A stretch of DNA of 50,204 nt from Actinomycetota bacterium (GCA_030603185.1 JAUVYG010000003.1:1-50204); one strand, 5' to 3'. Counted from the first letter of the stretch, positions 7,626 through 18,152 are shown. Notes: generated by a model from the sequence alone, not told the origin. A program made the numbers and translations.

Positions 7626-8477
7626 TCAGTCAACAAAAGGGCGCTGCCCAATGGGCTCAGCACCTTCGAACAGCATGGTTCGGAAGTCGTTGGTCTCCGG
7701 GTGGATCTCTGTCAGACAATCCTTCGGCGGAAACTCGATCCCCGTGAGAGTAAGTCCGAGAGCAGCTGCCGTCCGGCCTGCAGCTCCACGATCCTTGGCA
7801 GCGAGAATGTCGGCAACGCTGCTAGCGGCTCGTTTTCCCTCTCCCACCTCCAGCAATGTGCCCACCATGATCCTGATCATGTTATGCAAAAATGCGTTTG
7901 CCCGCACTCGAAGAATGATGACGGCGCCCCGTTGGAACAGTTGGATGGACTCGACTCTTCTGCGCATCGAGCCTTGCCCCTTACTCTCGGTCGCACAAAA
8001 AGATGTGAAGTCATGGGCTCCAAGGATGTGTTGGGTCGCCTCGGCCATGGAGTCAACATCCAGCGACTGTGACTGCCATAGCATCCGGTCCCTCATGAAG
8101 CTGGCAGGAATACCGCTGTTCCAGATCAGATAACAGTACTCTCGGACGGTAGCGGATTTTCGGGGGTTGAAGTCCGGGGCCACCTCACAGACAGCTCTGA
8201 TCTGAGCATCCGGTCTCAAGACCGCGCACAGAGAATGCACCAGTCGCGAAGGAATCTCATCATGCTCTATGTCAAATGCAATAACCTGAGCGACCGCGTG
8301 CACGCCGGTATCAGTGCGGGCGGAGCCAAGAATGGGTACGCGCTCATTGGAGCGCAGGACCGTCGTGAGCGCAGATTCTACACAGGCCTGAACGGTTCGA
8401 TCCGTACGGCCACTCTGTATCTGGTAACCAGCGAAACCCGAGCCATCGTACTCTAGGACTGCGGCGACTCGAGGCAA
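7626..8477 (-). CDS. truA: tRNA pseudouridine(38-40) synthase
   Basis: YDGSGFAGYQ, RTDTGVHA, GAHDFTSF, FLHNMIRIMVG. Confidence 0.95.
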   Translation of the reverse strand: MPRVAAVLEYDGSGFAGYQIQSGRTDRTVQACVESALTTVLRSNERVPILGSARTDTGVHAVAQVIAFDIEHDEIPSRLVHSLCAVLRPDAQIRAVCEVAPDFNPRKSATVREYCYLIWNSGIPASFMRDRMLWQSQSLDVDSMAEATQHILGAHDFTSFCATESKGQGSMRRRVESIQLFQRGAVIILRVRANAFLHNMIRIMVGTLLEVGEGKRAASSVADILAAKDRGAAGRTAAALGLTLTGIEFPPKDCLTEIHPETNDFRTMLFEGAEPIGQRPFVD

Positions 8478-8480
8478 GAG

Positions 8481-9080
8481 CTAGGATTCTTTGGAAGAAT
8501 CTGAGTCCTTGTCGGAATCTTTTCCATCATCGAGAAGAGCGCCTAGTCTATCGGACCCTGACTCGTGATCGTCAATCGCGTCGGCACCATGGGCCTTGAA
8601 GTTGGGTCGAGTGATCACATAGAAAGCTATCACCGAGAAGACAACTACAACAATTGCCAAGGTACCGAACATCATCATGAAGAATTGGGCTCTGGTAGGG
8701 CCGGTGTCCAACTCGATGCTGTCACTAAATGCCACTGAGACATCACCGCTGGCGTCCTGAAGCTGAACCCACACTGCTTTAGTGCCCTCATCCTCTGATA
8801 GTGTCCAAAGCCTGTCGGCTTCGAAGGGCTCCCAACCCGCGTCTTCATCGTCGCCATCATTCCAGATTCGCATTTGGGAAATTTCATCCTCGCCGGTAAC
8901 TTTTTCAACCAACAGAGATACTTCTGTGGACTCGGCCTCTTCGTCTCCGTGGTTAATAGAGAGGGTTGCTTCGTTGATCTCGGCGCTGGCCGCTGTCCCT
9001 CCGATGATCACCAGCGCGAAGAGGCTAACGATCATGGTGACTACAATAATGGTTACCTTGGGAAGTGCATGTTGGTTCAC
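8481..9080 (-). CDS. Hypothetical membrane-anchored protein with an acidic beta-sandwich-like domain
   Basis: N-terminal signal/TM, WEPF....WTL...EGTKAVWVQLQDASG segment, C-terminal TM and acidic tail. Confidence 0.7.
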   Translation of the reverse strand: MNQHALPKVTIIVVTMIVSLFALVIIGGTAASAEINEATLSINHGDEEAESTEVSLLVEKVTGEDEISQMRIWNDGDDEDAGWEPFEADRLWTLSEDEGTKAVWVQLQDASGDVSVAFSDSIELDTGPTRAQFFMMMFGTLAIVVVVFSVIAFYVITRPNFKAHGADAIDDHESGSDRLGALLDDGKDSDKDSDSSKES

Positions 9081-9131
9081 AGCTGGATCCTCATTCCGAC
9101 GCTTATTCGATCAATACCTGATACCAGGCTA

Positions 9132-9950
9132 TCAGATAAGAATCAGGGCATGCAAAGCGGCCGACCCGAACACAGGGATGAAAACGGACAGTAGTAGTGT
9201 GTCACTGGGCCTCCAAACCATCGGAACCATCCGTGTTCTAGGTGATCCCTGACCGTAACCTTTTGCCTCTAGCGCCAGCGCAAGGCCTCGGGCGCGCCTC
9301 AAGGAACCAACGAAGAGGGGAACGACAATGGAGGTCACAGCCTTAGCCCTTTTCCCGATCCCGCCACGGCCCACATCGGATCCTCGCGCCATTTGAGCCC
9401 TGGATATCCTGTCTCCTTCTCCTACAACAGTCGGGACGAAACGAAGAGCGAGTCCCAGAGTCATCGCAAATCCGTCTACGTTCAAGTTCAAGCGCCTGAG
9501 CGGAGACAACAATGCGGACAAGCCATCCACGATATCCATTGAAGCGGTCGTCATGCCCAGCAAGCTGGTACCCACGATGATCACCAGAAGTCTGCCGGCG
9601 AAGAATGCTCCCGCGGTCAAACCATCCATTGATACGAAAACCGAGCCCAGCTGCCAGTAGGCGCCTGATACCGGCTGGGATATCTGGATGCCATGGATCA
9701 ACAGTGTGATTATCAATATGCTCAATAGGGGGCGAGCCCGACCCAGTAGCGAGCCCACACTGACCCCTGCAACGCTACCGACTACGAAGGCCGTGACCAG
9801 CAGCAGCAGCAGCCAGACAGACAGGGGAGTCGTCAAGGCGCTCACCGCAAACATCACTGTCAGAACGATCTTTACCCGGGGGTCTATTCTGTGCACGATC
9901 GTTGAGCCTGGGACATAGCCTCCGCCGGACATAGCCTTAAGGGATCTCAC
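9132..9950 (-). CDS. ecfT: ECF transporter transmembrane T component
   Basis: GYVPGSTIVHRIDPRVK, LRFVP, QMARG and LEAKGY motifs; GTGA overlap with ecfA2. Confidence 0.92.
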   Translation of the reverse strand: MRSLKAMSGGGYVPGSTIVHRIDPRVKIVLTVMFAVSALTTPLSVWLLLLLVTAFVVGSVAGVSVGSLLGRARPLLSILIITLLIHGIQISQPVSGAYWQLGSVFVSMDGLTAGAFFAGRLLVIIVGTSLLGMTTASMDIVDGLSALLSPLRRLNLNVDGFAMTLGLALRFVPTVVGEGDRISRAQMARGSDVGRGGIGKRAKAVTSIVVPLFVGSLRRARGLALALEAKGYGQGSPRTRMVPMVWRPSDTLLLSVFIPVFGSAALHALILI

Positions 9951-10717
9951 CTAATGACCTCAAGAACTTGAGCAGGAGTAACCTGCATGCCTGAACCTCT
10001 GATCACTTCGGCCAATTCGACGCAGCGCGGAGCAGCGATTCGAGCCGCTGCCAACACTTCCTGGTCCGCAAGAACATCTAGGGGAGGCCCCTCGGCAACG
10101 ATTCTTCCATCTCGAAGAATGATCACACGGTCACAGGTCACTGCCATCTCGTCAAGATCATGCGAGGCCACAACGACCGAGAGTTCCCGGTCTTGAGCCA
10201 ACTCGGTCAGATTCTGCCAAAGGAGGTCTCGACTCCTACCGTCAAGCCCAACAGTCGGCTCATCCAGGATTAAGCAGTCAGGCTCGATAGCCAGTACCCC
10301 AGCGATGGCTGCTCTGCGCGCCTCATCTCCTGTGAGGGAGAATGGAGACATGCCCCCAACTCGATCTGGATCCAGATCCATTTTCATCAAAGACTGTGTG
10401 GCTCGCGAGCGCGCGTCCATACGATTCAGACCGCACACTCGCGGCCCGAACTCAACATCTGACAGCACAGTATCCTCAAAGAACTGCTCCTCAGGAAACT
10501 GCATAGCCATTCCCACTGTGCATCCCGCCCCAACATTCAGCTGTCCCGCTGTGGGTTGGAGCACCCCGGCCAACAATTGAAGAAGGGTAGATTTTCCGGA
10601 ACCTGAGGACCCTATGATTCCGAGCATCTCTCCCGGAGCAACCGAAAAGGAAACATCATCGATGCTCGGTCGACTGGCTTCAGGATAGACATGTCCCAGG
10701 TGAGATACCGCTATCAT
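9947..10717 (-). CDS. ecfA2: ECF transporter ATPase EcfA2 (degenerate signature motif)
   Basis: Walker A GSSGSGKST, Q-loop MQFPEEQ, Walker B LILDEP, H-loop SHD; signature reads LTGDE. Confidence 0.9.
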   Translation of the reverse strand: MIAVSHLGHVYPEASRPSIDDVSFSVAPGEMLGIIGSSGSGKSTLLQLLAGVLQPTAGQLNVGAGCTVGMAMQFPEEQFFEDTVLSDVEFGPRVCGLNRMDARSRATQSLMKMDLDPDRVGGMSPFSLTGDEARRAAIAGVLAIEPDCLILDEPTVGLDGRSRDLLWQNLTELAQDRELSVVVASHDLDEMAVTCDRVIILRDGRIVAEGPPLDVLADQEVLAAARIAAPRCVELAEVIRGSGMQVTPAQVLEVIR

Positions 10718-11508
10718 GAAGCCACCCCCACAGAGCTGAGTGCTGATCTCAATTCCGATATGGTCACGGGAATATCCCGACCACTACGCTGGGGGATCAA
10801 TCCTGACATCCAGAGTTTTGTGGCGGAGGTTGGATCCATATCAGCACGGTCCAGGGCCTCAAGGTCACTTAGAACCTGATTAGGGGTACCGTGAGCTAAG
10901 ATTTTCCCCTGTGGCCCCAGGAGAACCACGCTATCTGCAAGAGTGGCTCTCTCGGCGTCCGAGGTCAGCTCTACCACACCCAGACCATCATCCTGAAGCC
11001 GCGACACCACTTCATCAAAGTGCTTGCGGTAACTTTGGTCGATCATGCTTGTTGCCTCATCCAATATGAGATAGTCCGGTGTTCCCGCAATTGCTCCGGC
11101 AAGAGCAACCATCTGCTTCTGGCCACCGGACAATTGATGAGGCGCTTTTGTAGCCAGCTCCATGATCCCCAGCTTCGCCAAAGTGTCTTGCACTCTTTCT
11201 CGGATGTAAGAGGGTTCGAGACCTTTACACTCAAGGGAAAAGGCAACATCGGCATCAACAGAGTGGCAGATGAACTGATCATCCGGATTGCAAGAGATGT
11301 ACGATACTTGTTCACCTGAACGGTGAACCGCTCCACTGTCGGGAGAGATCAAGCCAGCGACTACAGGACCGAGAACAGCCCTTCCGGACGCATGTGCGCC
11401 AAGTATTGCGGTGCGAGTTCCCGCATCAAGCCGCAGGCTAAGACCGACTATTGCATTGTTGGCCCCATCCTTCGAGGCGCAAACGGTGACTTCGCACAAT
11501 TCGATCAT
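10714..11508 (-). CDS. ecfA1: ECF transporter ATPase EcfA1 (degenerate Walker A, Q-loop and H-loop)
   Basis: NPDDQF, DVAFSLE, LSGGQKQ, LILDEATSMID, and position after rplQ. Start set to ATG 11508 because the longer start overlaps the rplQ terminator. Confidence 0.88.
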   Translation of the reverse strand: MIELCEVTVCASKDGANNAIVGLSLRLDAGTRTAILGAHASGRAVLGPVVAGLISPDSGAVHRSGEQVSYISCNPDDQFICHSVDADVAFSLECKGLEPSYIRERVQDTLAKLGIMELATKAPHQLSGGQKQMVALAGAIAGTPDYLILDEATSMIDQSYRKHFDEVVSRLQDDGLGVVELTSDAERATLADSVVLLGPQGKILAHGTPNQVLSDLEALDRADMDPTSATKLWMSGLIPQRSGRDIPVTISELRSALSSVGVAS

Positions 11509-11549
11509 GGAACACCGACCCGAATCGTCTGTGGTTGAAGGACTTTCGG

Positions 11550-11580
11550 AAAACAAAAAAGGCGCCCCAAGGGGCGCCTT
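11550..11580 (-). terminator. Intrinsic terminator after rplQ
   Basis: AAGGCGCCC-CTTG-GGGCGCCTT followed by TTTTGTTTT. Confidence 0.9.
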
Positions 11581-11594
11581 AAGTTGTACTGAGT

Positions 11595-11945
11595 TTAGAC
11601 CAGCTCGATGAAAGCCATGCGAGCGGCGTCGCCCTTGCGTGGCTCGAGCTTGATGATCCGAGTGTATCCGCCTGGCCGATCAGCGTACCTCGGTGCAACA
11701 TCAGACATCAGCTTGTGCGCGATGTCCCTGTGCTCGATGTCCTTCAGCACCTCACGCCTGGATGCAACATCACCAGCCTTGGCTTTGGTGATAATCTTTT
11801 CGGCAAAGGGCCTAAGCTCCTTGGCTTTTCTCTCGGTCGTAGTAATACGTTCGTGAACGATGAGCTGAGCAGCAAGGCCACGCAGAATGGCTTTGTTGTG
11901 AGACTCATCGGTCCCTAGTCGCTTACCCTTCTTTCTGTGCCTCAC
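11595..11945 (-). CDS. rplQ: 50S ribosomal protein L17
   Basis: [23 protein letters not shown]. Confidence 0.98.
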   Translation of the reverse strand: MRHRKKGKRLGTDESHNKAILRGLAAQLIVHERITTTERKAKELRPFAEKIITKAKAGDVASRREVLKDIEHRDIAHKLMSDVAPRYADRPGGYTRIIKLEPRKGDAARMAFIELV

Positions 11946-11965
11946 GTCAATCTCCTCGTGTGTTC

Positions 11966-12898
11966 TTATGCGCTCTTCAGGGCCAAGCTTCGAGAGGCCA
12001 AGACCTGCTTGATCTCTTCGATAGACTTGTCGCCGAAGTTGCGAATGTTCATTAGATCCTGCTCCGTATACTCGACCAGCTGATCGAGAGAATTGATAGC
12101 CTGCCTCTTAAGGCAGTTGTAAGACCGAACCGACAGCTCTAGCTGCTCGATTGGAATATTGAGCTCTGCCTCTTCTTCCTCTGGCTCCTCGCCAAAGATT
12201 GAGACCTCCTCTGCGTCTTCGTCTTGATGGACGAAGAGTGCCATGTGCTGGCTCATGATCGTGGCCGCTGTCTCCATGGCCTCGTCGGGATCGATCGCAC
12301 CATTCGTCTCAACGTGAAGGATGAGCTTGTCATAATCGGTACGCTGACCGACCCGAGTGTTCTCTACCTCATAATTTACGTTCACCGTCGGGGTGAATAC
12401 TGAATCGATCGGAATGACTCCGATCGGCTGATCGTCCTCTTTGTTCTTATCTGCTGAGACGTAGCCTCGGCCAGTCCTTACCTCGAACTCAGCCTCTACC
12501 TTGCCTTTTGTGTTAACGCTCATCACGTGATGGTCTTTGTTGACGATCTCAATGCCAGCTGGGACCTCTAGGTCTCCTGCTGTGACTTCCTGGGCGCCTT
12601 TGACGCTTAACTTCAGAGTTGCCGGCTCATCAGTATCACCGCTGATAACGACCTGTTTGAGGTTAAGAATTATGTCTACGACATCTTCCTTAACACCAGT
12701 CAATGCGCTGAACTCATGAGGTACACCATCGATCCTGATGGTAGTGATGGCTGAGCCGGGAAGCGATGAGAGCAGCAGTCTGCGCATCGAGTTGCCCAAG
12801 CTGTACCCAAACCCGCGCTCGAGAGGCTCTACAACATATGTACCCCGAGTCTCATTGACCTCTTGGCTCTTTATCTCCGGCTTGATTAACTCCAGCAA
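11966..12898 (-). CDS. rpoA: RNA polymerase alpha subunit
   Basis: [35 protein letters not shown]. Confidence 0.99.
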   Translation of the reverse strand: MLELIKPEIKSQEVNETRGTYVVEPLERGFGYSLGNSMRRLLLSSLPGSAITTIRIDGVPHEFSALTGVKEDVVDIILNLKQVVISGDTDEPATLKLSVKGAQEVTAGDLEVPAGIEIVNKDHHVMSVNTKGKVEAEFEVRTGRGYVSADKNKEDDQPIGVIPIDSVFTPTVNVNYEVENTRVGQRTDYDKLILHVETNGAIDPDEAMETAATIMSQHMALFVHQDEDAEEVSIFGEEPEEEEAELNIPIEQLELSVRSYNCLKRQAINSLDQLVEYTEQDLMNIRNFGDKSIEEIKQVLASRSLALKSA

Positions 12899-12941
12899 AG
12901 AATCTCCCTCCTAAAACTTTCTTGTTTACCTAAAATGCTAA

Positions 12942-13568
12942 CTACTTGGAATACAACTCGACGATGAGTCTCTCTTCGATGGAGAGATCAATCTCGTCGC
13001 GTCGTGGAAGGTGCGCAACCGTTACGGCTAGCCTCTTCTGGTCTACGCTCAACCATTCTGGAATCTCAACGTTCAAATGATCAGACGCCACACTCTGGAA
13101 GATTGGGACGTCCTTGCCCTTGGGCGCCACGGAGATCTTATCGCCCTCGCTGACTCGCATCGAAGGCACATTCGCCTTCGAATCGTTGATCTTGTAGTAG
13201 CCATGAAGCACGAGCTGACGCGCTTGTGCTCTCGAAGCGGCTAGACCGGCACGATAAACAACATTATCAAGCCTTGTCTCTAGAATCCTCAGCAGGTTCT
13301 CACCTGTGATGCCCGTCTGGTGTGAAGCTAGCTTGTAGTAATTACGAAATTGCTTCTCGAGAACGCCGTACACCCGCTTTGCCTTCTGCTTCTCACGAAG
13401 CTGAATCAGGTATTCTGTCTCTTTGATCCGACGACGTCCGTGCTCGCCTGGAGGATAATTCCTCTTCTCGATCCCGCATTTGTCGGTATAGCATCGCTGT
13501 CCCTTTAGGAACAACTTCATGCCCTCTCTGCGGCATAGCTTGCATACCGGTCCTGTGTATCTCGCCAT
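12942..13568 (-). CDS. rpsD: 30S ribosomal protein S4 (Zn-binding type)
   Basis: [34 protein letters not shown]. Confidence 0.99.
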   Translation of the reverse strand: MARYTGPVCKLCRREGMKLFLKGQRCYTDKCGIEKRNYPPGEHGRRRIKETEYLIQLREKQKAKRVYGVLEKQFRNYYKLASHQTGITGENLLRILETRLDNVVYRAGLAASRAQARQLVLHGYYKINDSKANVPSMRVSEGDKISVAPKGKDVPIFQSVASDHLNVEIPEWLSVDQKRLAVTVAHLPRRDEIDLSIEERLIVELYSK

Positions 13569-13584
13569 CTGCTGGTTTCTCCTC

Positions 13585-13977
13585 CTAGACCCTTCTTCGC
13601 TTGCGGGCTCGGCATCCGTTGTGCGCGATAGGCGTCACGTCCTGGATGGATCCGACCTCAAGCCCTGTTGCCTGTAGTGATCGAATGGCTGTTTCGCGAC
13701 CGGAGCCTGAACCCCTGACGAGAACATCAACCTTTCGAACACCATGCTCTTGAGCCTTCTTACCAGCGGCCTCTGCGGCCATCTGAGCTGCGAACGGTGT
13801 ACTTTTCCTCGAACCTTTGAACCCAACAACCCCAGAGCTACCCCATGCGATAGTGTTTCCCGCGGTGTCAGTAATCGTGATTATCGTGTTGTTGAATGAC
13901 GAGCGAATATGAACAACCCCGTGGGATATGTTCTTCTTCTCTTTGCGACGTGATTTCCCTTTGCTGGGCTTAGCCAT
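13585..13977 (-). CDS. rpsK: 30S ribosomal protein S11
   Basis: [25 protein letters not shown]. Confidence 0.99.
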   Translation of the reverse strand: MAKPSKGKSRRKEKKNISHGVVHIRSSFNNTIITITDTAGNTIAWGSSGVVGFKGSRKSTPFAAQMAAEAAGKKAQEHGVRKVDVLVRGSGSGRETAIRSLQATGLEVGSIQDVTPIAHNGCRARKRRRV

Positions 13978-13988
13978 GAGTTATCTAC

Positions 13989-14357
13989 CTACTTCTTTTT
14001 CCCAGCAATGGCCTTGCGTGGCCCCTTGCGTGTACGTGCATTAGTATGGGTTCGCTGACCCCTTACAGGAAGACCCTTGCGGTGACGAAGACCACGGTAG
14101 CTTCCTATTTCCATTAGTCGTTTGATGTTCTGAGAAGTCTCGCGACGAAGATCGCCTTCGACACGGTAGTTCTCGTCGATCTCGTCACGCAGCTTGACCA
14201 GCTCTTCTTCGGTCAGGTCGCGGACTTTAGTGTCAACGGCAATCCCAACCGCTTCGCAGATCTCAAGCGCTGTTGGGCGCCCGATACCGAATATGTAAGA
14301 AAGAGCAATTCCTACCTGCTTCTCGCGGGGTAGGTCGACTCCCATTAGACGTGCCAT
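13989..14357 (-). CDS. rpsM: 30S ribosomal protein S13
   Basis: [26 protein letters not shown]. Confidence 0.99.
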   Translation of the reverse strand: MARLMGVDLPREKQVGIALSYIFGIGRPTALEICEAVGIAVDTKVRDLTEEELVKLRDEIDENYRVEGDLRRETSQNIKRLMEIGSYRGLRHRKGLPVRGQRTHTNARTRKGPRKAIAGKKK

Positions 14358-14378
14358 ACTAAATCCTCCTTGGACCGA

Positions 14379-14492
14379 TCAACCCTGCCGCTGCTTATGG
14401 CGGGGGTTCTCACAAATCACCATTACGCGACCATGGCGCTTGATGATTCTACATTTTTCACAAATCTTCTTAACTGAGGGCTGAACTTTCAT
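14379..14492 (-). CDS. rpmJ: 50S ribosomal protein L36 (not in the ORF track)
   Basis: Hand translation: [37 protein letters not shown]. Confidence 0.98.
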   Translation of the reverse strand: MKVQPSVKKICEKCRIIKRHGRVMVICENPRHKQRQG

Positions 14493-14512
14493 CTTCTATT
14501 CCTAAGCTCTGG

Positions 14513-14734
14513 CTACTTGTGTCTGTACACAATGCGGCCTCGGGTCAAATCATATGGTGACAGCTGCACCACAACCTTGTCGCCGGGTAGTATGCGGATG
14601 TAGTGCATCCTCATTTTCCCCGAAATATGAGCTAGGACCTTGTGTCCGTTGTCGAGTTCAACGCGAAACATGGCGTTAGGCAACGGTTCGACAACCGTTC
14701 CTTCTAGCTCTATCGCATCGTCCTTCTTGCCCAA
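14513..14734 (-). CDS. infA: Translation initiation factor IF-1
   Basis: [30 protein letters not shown]. Confidence 0.99.
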   Translation of the reverse strand: MGKKDDAIELEGTVVEPLPNAMFRVELDNGHKVLAHISGKMRMHYIRILPGDKVVVQLSPYDLTRGRIVYRHK

Positions 14735-14772
14735 TTAATCTCTCCAATTACGAGTACAGGCCGCAAAGAACA

Positions 14773-14801
14773 ATACTAGCCAATACCTCCCCGTACGTCC
14801 A
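14773..14801 (-). promoter_or_regulatory. Putative internal promoter for the infA-rpmJ-alpha genes
   Basis: TGGACG-N17-TAGTAT in the map-infA gap. Confidence 0.45.
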
Positions 14802-14823
14802 GGGAATTTATATATATTACAGT

Positions 14824-15567
14824 CTATCTTGTCAATACCAGAGGACCATCCGCCGTTATGGCGACCGTGTCCTCAAAATGGGCGGACAAAGTACCGTCCA
14901 TCGTCACGTATCCCCACTCATCCGCCAAAAGTTTCAGCTGGTAGCCGCCCACGTTGACCATTGGCTCAATCGCCAGCACATACCCTTCTTTGAGAACGGG
15001 CCCGTCACCGGCTGTCCCAAAGTTCGGAACAACCGGCTCCTCGTGCAATGAGGAGCCAATGCCGTGACCTACCAGATCCCTGACCACTGAGTAGCCAGCC
15101 CCTTCGACCTCTTTTTGTATGGCTGAGCACATATCTCCCATGGGAGCGCCGACCACACACCTTTCAATTCCGAGGTCCAAGGACCGCTTGGTCACATCGA
15201 TCAGTCTTTGCTTTTCGGAAGAGATCTGACCTACTCCGTAGGTCCGCGCCGCGTCCGCGAAGAAGCCATGAATCTTCACACCTATATCAAGGCTGATGAT
15301 GTCGCCGTCCTGCAGCTTGGTGTTACCCGGTATCCCGTGGACTACCCCATTGTTGGGAGAAAAACAGACGGTCGCAGGAAAGCCCCTGTAGCCTTTAAAG
15401 GCCGGCTCTCCGCCATGCGCTCGGATAAAGGTCTCGGCAACGGAATCGATATCGCTGCCACTCACTCCATGGTCGAGATGCTTTTCTACCTCAGCAAATG
15501 TACTTGCAAGCAGCTTTCCAGCCGCTTGCATCAGTTGGATTTCCTTTGCGCTTTTCTTCTCTATCAA
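14824..15567 (-). CDS. map: Methionine aminopeptidase type I
   Basis: GYRGFP, VVHGIP, GDIISLDIG, GHGIG..LHEEP, AIEPM, SAHFEDT. Confidence 0.97.
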   Translation of the reverse strand: MIEKKSAKEIQLMQAAGKLLASTFAEVEKHLDHGVSGSDIDSVAETFIRAHGGEPAFKGYRGFPATVCFSPNNGVVHGIPGNTKLQDGDIISLDIGVKIHGFFADAARTYGVGQISSEKQRLIDVTKRSLDLGIERCVVGAPMGDMCSAIQKEVEGAGYSVVRDLVGHGIGSSLHEEPVVPNFGTAGDGPVLKEGYVLAIEPMVNVGGYQLKLLADEWGYVTMDGTLSAHFEDTVAITADGPLVLTR

Positions 15568-15570
15568 GCC

Positions 15571-16218
15571 CTAGACCTTCAGTAAATCCATGAGGTCCGC
15601 GGCCACTTTATTGATATCCTGTTCACCGTCAACGGGACGAAGAATCGCTTTTCTTCCGTAGAACTCAAGTACTGGGGCAGTCTGCTTGTCATATACCTCA
15701 AGCCGGCGATGGGCGACAGACTCACTGTCATCTTCACGCTGATACAGCTCACCACCGCACTTATCACAGACACCATCGCTAGCCGGAGGATTAAACTTGT
15801 CGTGGAAGGTGGTGCTGCACGTCCGGCAGATTCGCCTGCCCGTAAGTCTTTTAATCAACTCGCCATCGGTGACCTCAAGGCTAATGACCCCTGTGATCGC
15901 TTTGCCGGCGGCACGCAGTTTCTCATCCAGAGACTCCGCCTGATGAATCGTTCTAGGAAAACCATCCAAGAGAAAACCGGCGCCGGCATCCGGCTGTTCC
16001 AGTCGCTCCACAACCATCGCAATAACCAGGTCGTCAGGAACAAGTTCCCCTCGATCCATGTAGCTCTTGGCTTCTTTCCCGAGCTCTGTCTCGTCATTAA
16101 CAGCAGCCCTGAGGATATCGCCGGTGGCTATATGTGGGATCTGATATTCGACTGCGAGCTTCTGGGCTTGAGTTCCCTTGCCCGCTCCCGGGGGTCCAAA
16201 AAGTACGAAATTCTTCAT
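15571..16218 (-). CDS. adk: Adenylate kinase with Zn-lid
   Basis: GPPGAGKGTQ, LDGFPRT, CRTC...CDKC. Confidence 0.98.
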   Translation of the reverse strand: MKNFVLFGPPGAGKGTQAQKLAVEYQIPHIATGDILRAAVNDETELGKEAKSYMDRGELVPDDLVIAMVVERLEQPDAGAGFLLDGFPRTIHQAESLDEKLRAAGKAITGVISLEVTDGELIKRLTGRRICRTCSTTFHDKFNPPASDGVCDKCGGELYQREDDSESVAHRRLEVYDKQTAPVLEFYGRKAILRPVDGEQDINKVAADLMDLLKV

Positions 16219-16240
16219 CGTGTGCTCCTTTGCGTCCTTC

Positions 16241-17485
16241 CTATTTAAGGAATCCCTCGTACTGCCTCATCAGCAGTCTGGCCTCGATCTGTCGCATCAG
16301 TTCGAGTGCGACACCAACCATGATCAGCATGGAAGTGCCTCCGAACTCAGCGAAGAATTGAACTCTGGTAGCGGTGAACAACAGGCTAGGAACGACCGCC
16401 ACCGCGGCAAGGAACAATGCGCCGACAAATAGGAGACGGGTCAGAACCGTGTTCAAGTATTGAGCGGTCGGCTTACCCGGCCTGATCCCTGGGACGAATC
16501 CACCATACTTCCTGATCTGATCTGCCTGTTTGATCGGATTGAAAACGATCGCTGTGTAGAAGTACGTAAAGAAGATGACCATAGCGGCGAAGATTATCAG
16601 GTAATAGATCGAACCGGGGGCTAGCAGCGAGGCGATACCCTGGCTAGCGGGAAAGAACTGGGCGATCGTTGCCGGGAACAAGAGTAGTGATGCGGCAAAG
16701 ATGATCGGAATAACGCCGGAAGGATTGAGCTTAAAGGGCAGGTAGCTCTCGGACCCTCCATAGACCTTTCTTCCAACCATTCGCTTGGCATACTGAACCG
16801 GAATACGTCGCTGCGCACTTTCGATAAACACTATTGCCGTCGCGATTCCAACAAGAATCAGTATGGAGAGAACCACCAGGAACGGAGTGGTTGTTGCGAG
16901 TGACTGCTGCATGGCAAGCGGGAACGCCGCAATAATGCTGGAGAACATCATTAGGGACATGCCATTTCCGATTCCATAGTGCGTGATCAGCTCACCGAAC
17001 CACATCACAACGATTGCGCCGGTCACAAGGGTGATTCCGATCACGAGCCCTGAGGCAAAATTCAAATCCGCTATGGCCCCTTGAGTAAGAAGGAACACAA
17101 CGAAGGCAGTAGCCTGCATTATCGCCAAAACCAAAGTGAAGTATCGAGTGTACTGCGTTATCTGCTTCTGTCCCGTCTCACCCTCTTTTTGGAGCTCTTC
17201 CAGCTTGGGGATGACGTGCGTGAGAAGCTGCATGATAATCGCAGCCGTGATATAGGGCATGATCCCCAAGGCGAATACTGCGACGCTTGAAAGAGCACCA
17301 CCAGAGAACAGGTCTAGCAGCCCAAGAACACCTGAATCAAAGATGTCCTCGAGGCTATTGGAGTTAACTCCGGGCACAGGAATATGCGCACCGAAACGGA
17401 ACAGAGCGATCATCCCCAGCGTGAAGAGGATCCTCTTTCTTAGGTCAGGTAATTGCCCAGCGGCTCGACCAACATCACCGATCAT
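16241..17485 (-). CDS. secY: Preprotein translocase SecY
   Basis: FALGIMPYITA, GIGNGMSL, GVIPIIFA, PGIRPG, FGGTSMLI. Confidence 0.99.
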   Translation of the reverse strand: MIGDVGRAAGQLPDLRKRILFTLGMIALFRFGAHIPVPGVNSNSLEDIFDSGVLGLLDLFSGGALSSVAVFALGIMPYITAAIIMQLLTHVIPKLEELQKEGETGQKQITQYTRYFTLVLAIMQATAFVVFLLTQGAIADLNFASGLVIGITLVTGAIVVMWFGELITHYGIGNGMSLMMFSSIIAAFPLAMQQSLATTTPFLVVLSILILVGIATAIVFIESAQRRIPVQYAKRMVGRKVYGGSESYLPFKLNPSGVIPIIFAASLLLFPATIAQFFPASQGIASLLAPGSIYYLIIFAAMVIFFTYFYTAIVFNPIKQADQIRKYGGFVPGIRPGKPTAQYLNTVLTRLLFVGALFLAAVAVVPSLLFTATRVQFFAEFGGTSMLIMVGVALELMRQIEARLLMRQYEGFLK

Positions 17486-17495
17486 GTTAGGCGAA

Positions 17496-17945
17496 CTACC
17501 TCGCTACCTTGTCGGCTTTACCGCCGGCTTTTTCAATCTTGTCCACAGCCGACTTGCTGTAGGCGTCGACTTTTACGTTGATTGATTTAGTCAGTTCGCC
17601 GTCCCCGAGGACCTTTATCGGGCGAGAATCCTTGCGAATAAGACCCTTTTCGATCAACTGATTTCTGCCAACCTCGCTGCTGGCGTCAAAAGCCTCCAGA
17701 TCGCCCACGTTGATCGGCTGATAATCTGTGCGGAAATGGTTAGTGAAGCCCTTGAGCTTTGGAAGCCTTCTCTGCAATGGCATCTGTCCACCCTCGAAAC
17801 CTGGACCCTTACCACCACCAGATCTCGACAGCTGCCCGTCTTGGCCGCGCCCTGCAGTCTTTCCGGATCCGCTGGCTGCTCCTCGCCCTACTCTTTTTCG
17901 TTTTTTTGTCGCGCCCGCCGCGGGACGCAGATCATGAAGTTCCAT
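17496..17945 (-). CDS. rplO: 50S ribosomal protein L15
   Basis: RVGRG..SGSGKTAGRG, GFEGGQMPL. Confidence 0.99.
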   Translation of the reverse strand: MELHDLRPAAGATKKRKRVGRGAASGSGKTAGRGQDGQLSRSGGGKGPGFEGGQMPLQRRLPKLKGFTNHFRTDYQPINVGDLEAFDASSEVGRNQLIEKGLIRKDSRPIKVLGDGELTKSINVKVDAYSKSAVDKIEKAGGKADKVAR

Positions 17946-17958
17946 TAACTCCTCCGAG

Positions 17959-18141
17959 CTACTTTACGTCTTCTACCTTGACCAGGTGGGAGACCTTGTC
18001 GGCCATCCCTCTGATGCTGGGTGTATCTTCCTTTACAACTTCTTTTCCGATTCGACCTAGACCAAGAGCTTTGAGAGTCGCACCCTGGTCTACTTTCCGG
18101 CCGATCGAACTTCTGGTTTGAGTGATTTTAAACTTTGCCAT
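17959..18141 (-). CDS. rpmD: 50S ribosomal protein L30
   Basis: [26 protein letters not shown]; synteny. Confidence 0.97.
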   Translation of the reverse strand: MAKFKITQTRSSIGRKVDQGATLKALGLGRIGKEVVKEDTPSIRGMADKVSHLVKVEDVK

Positions 18142-18152
18142 GTTTTCCTCTC

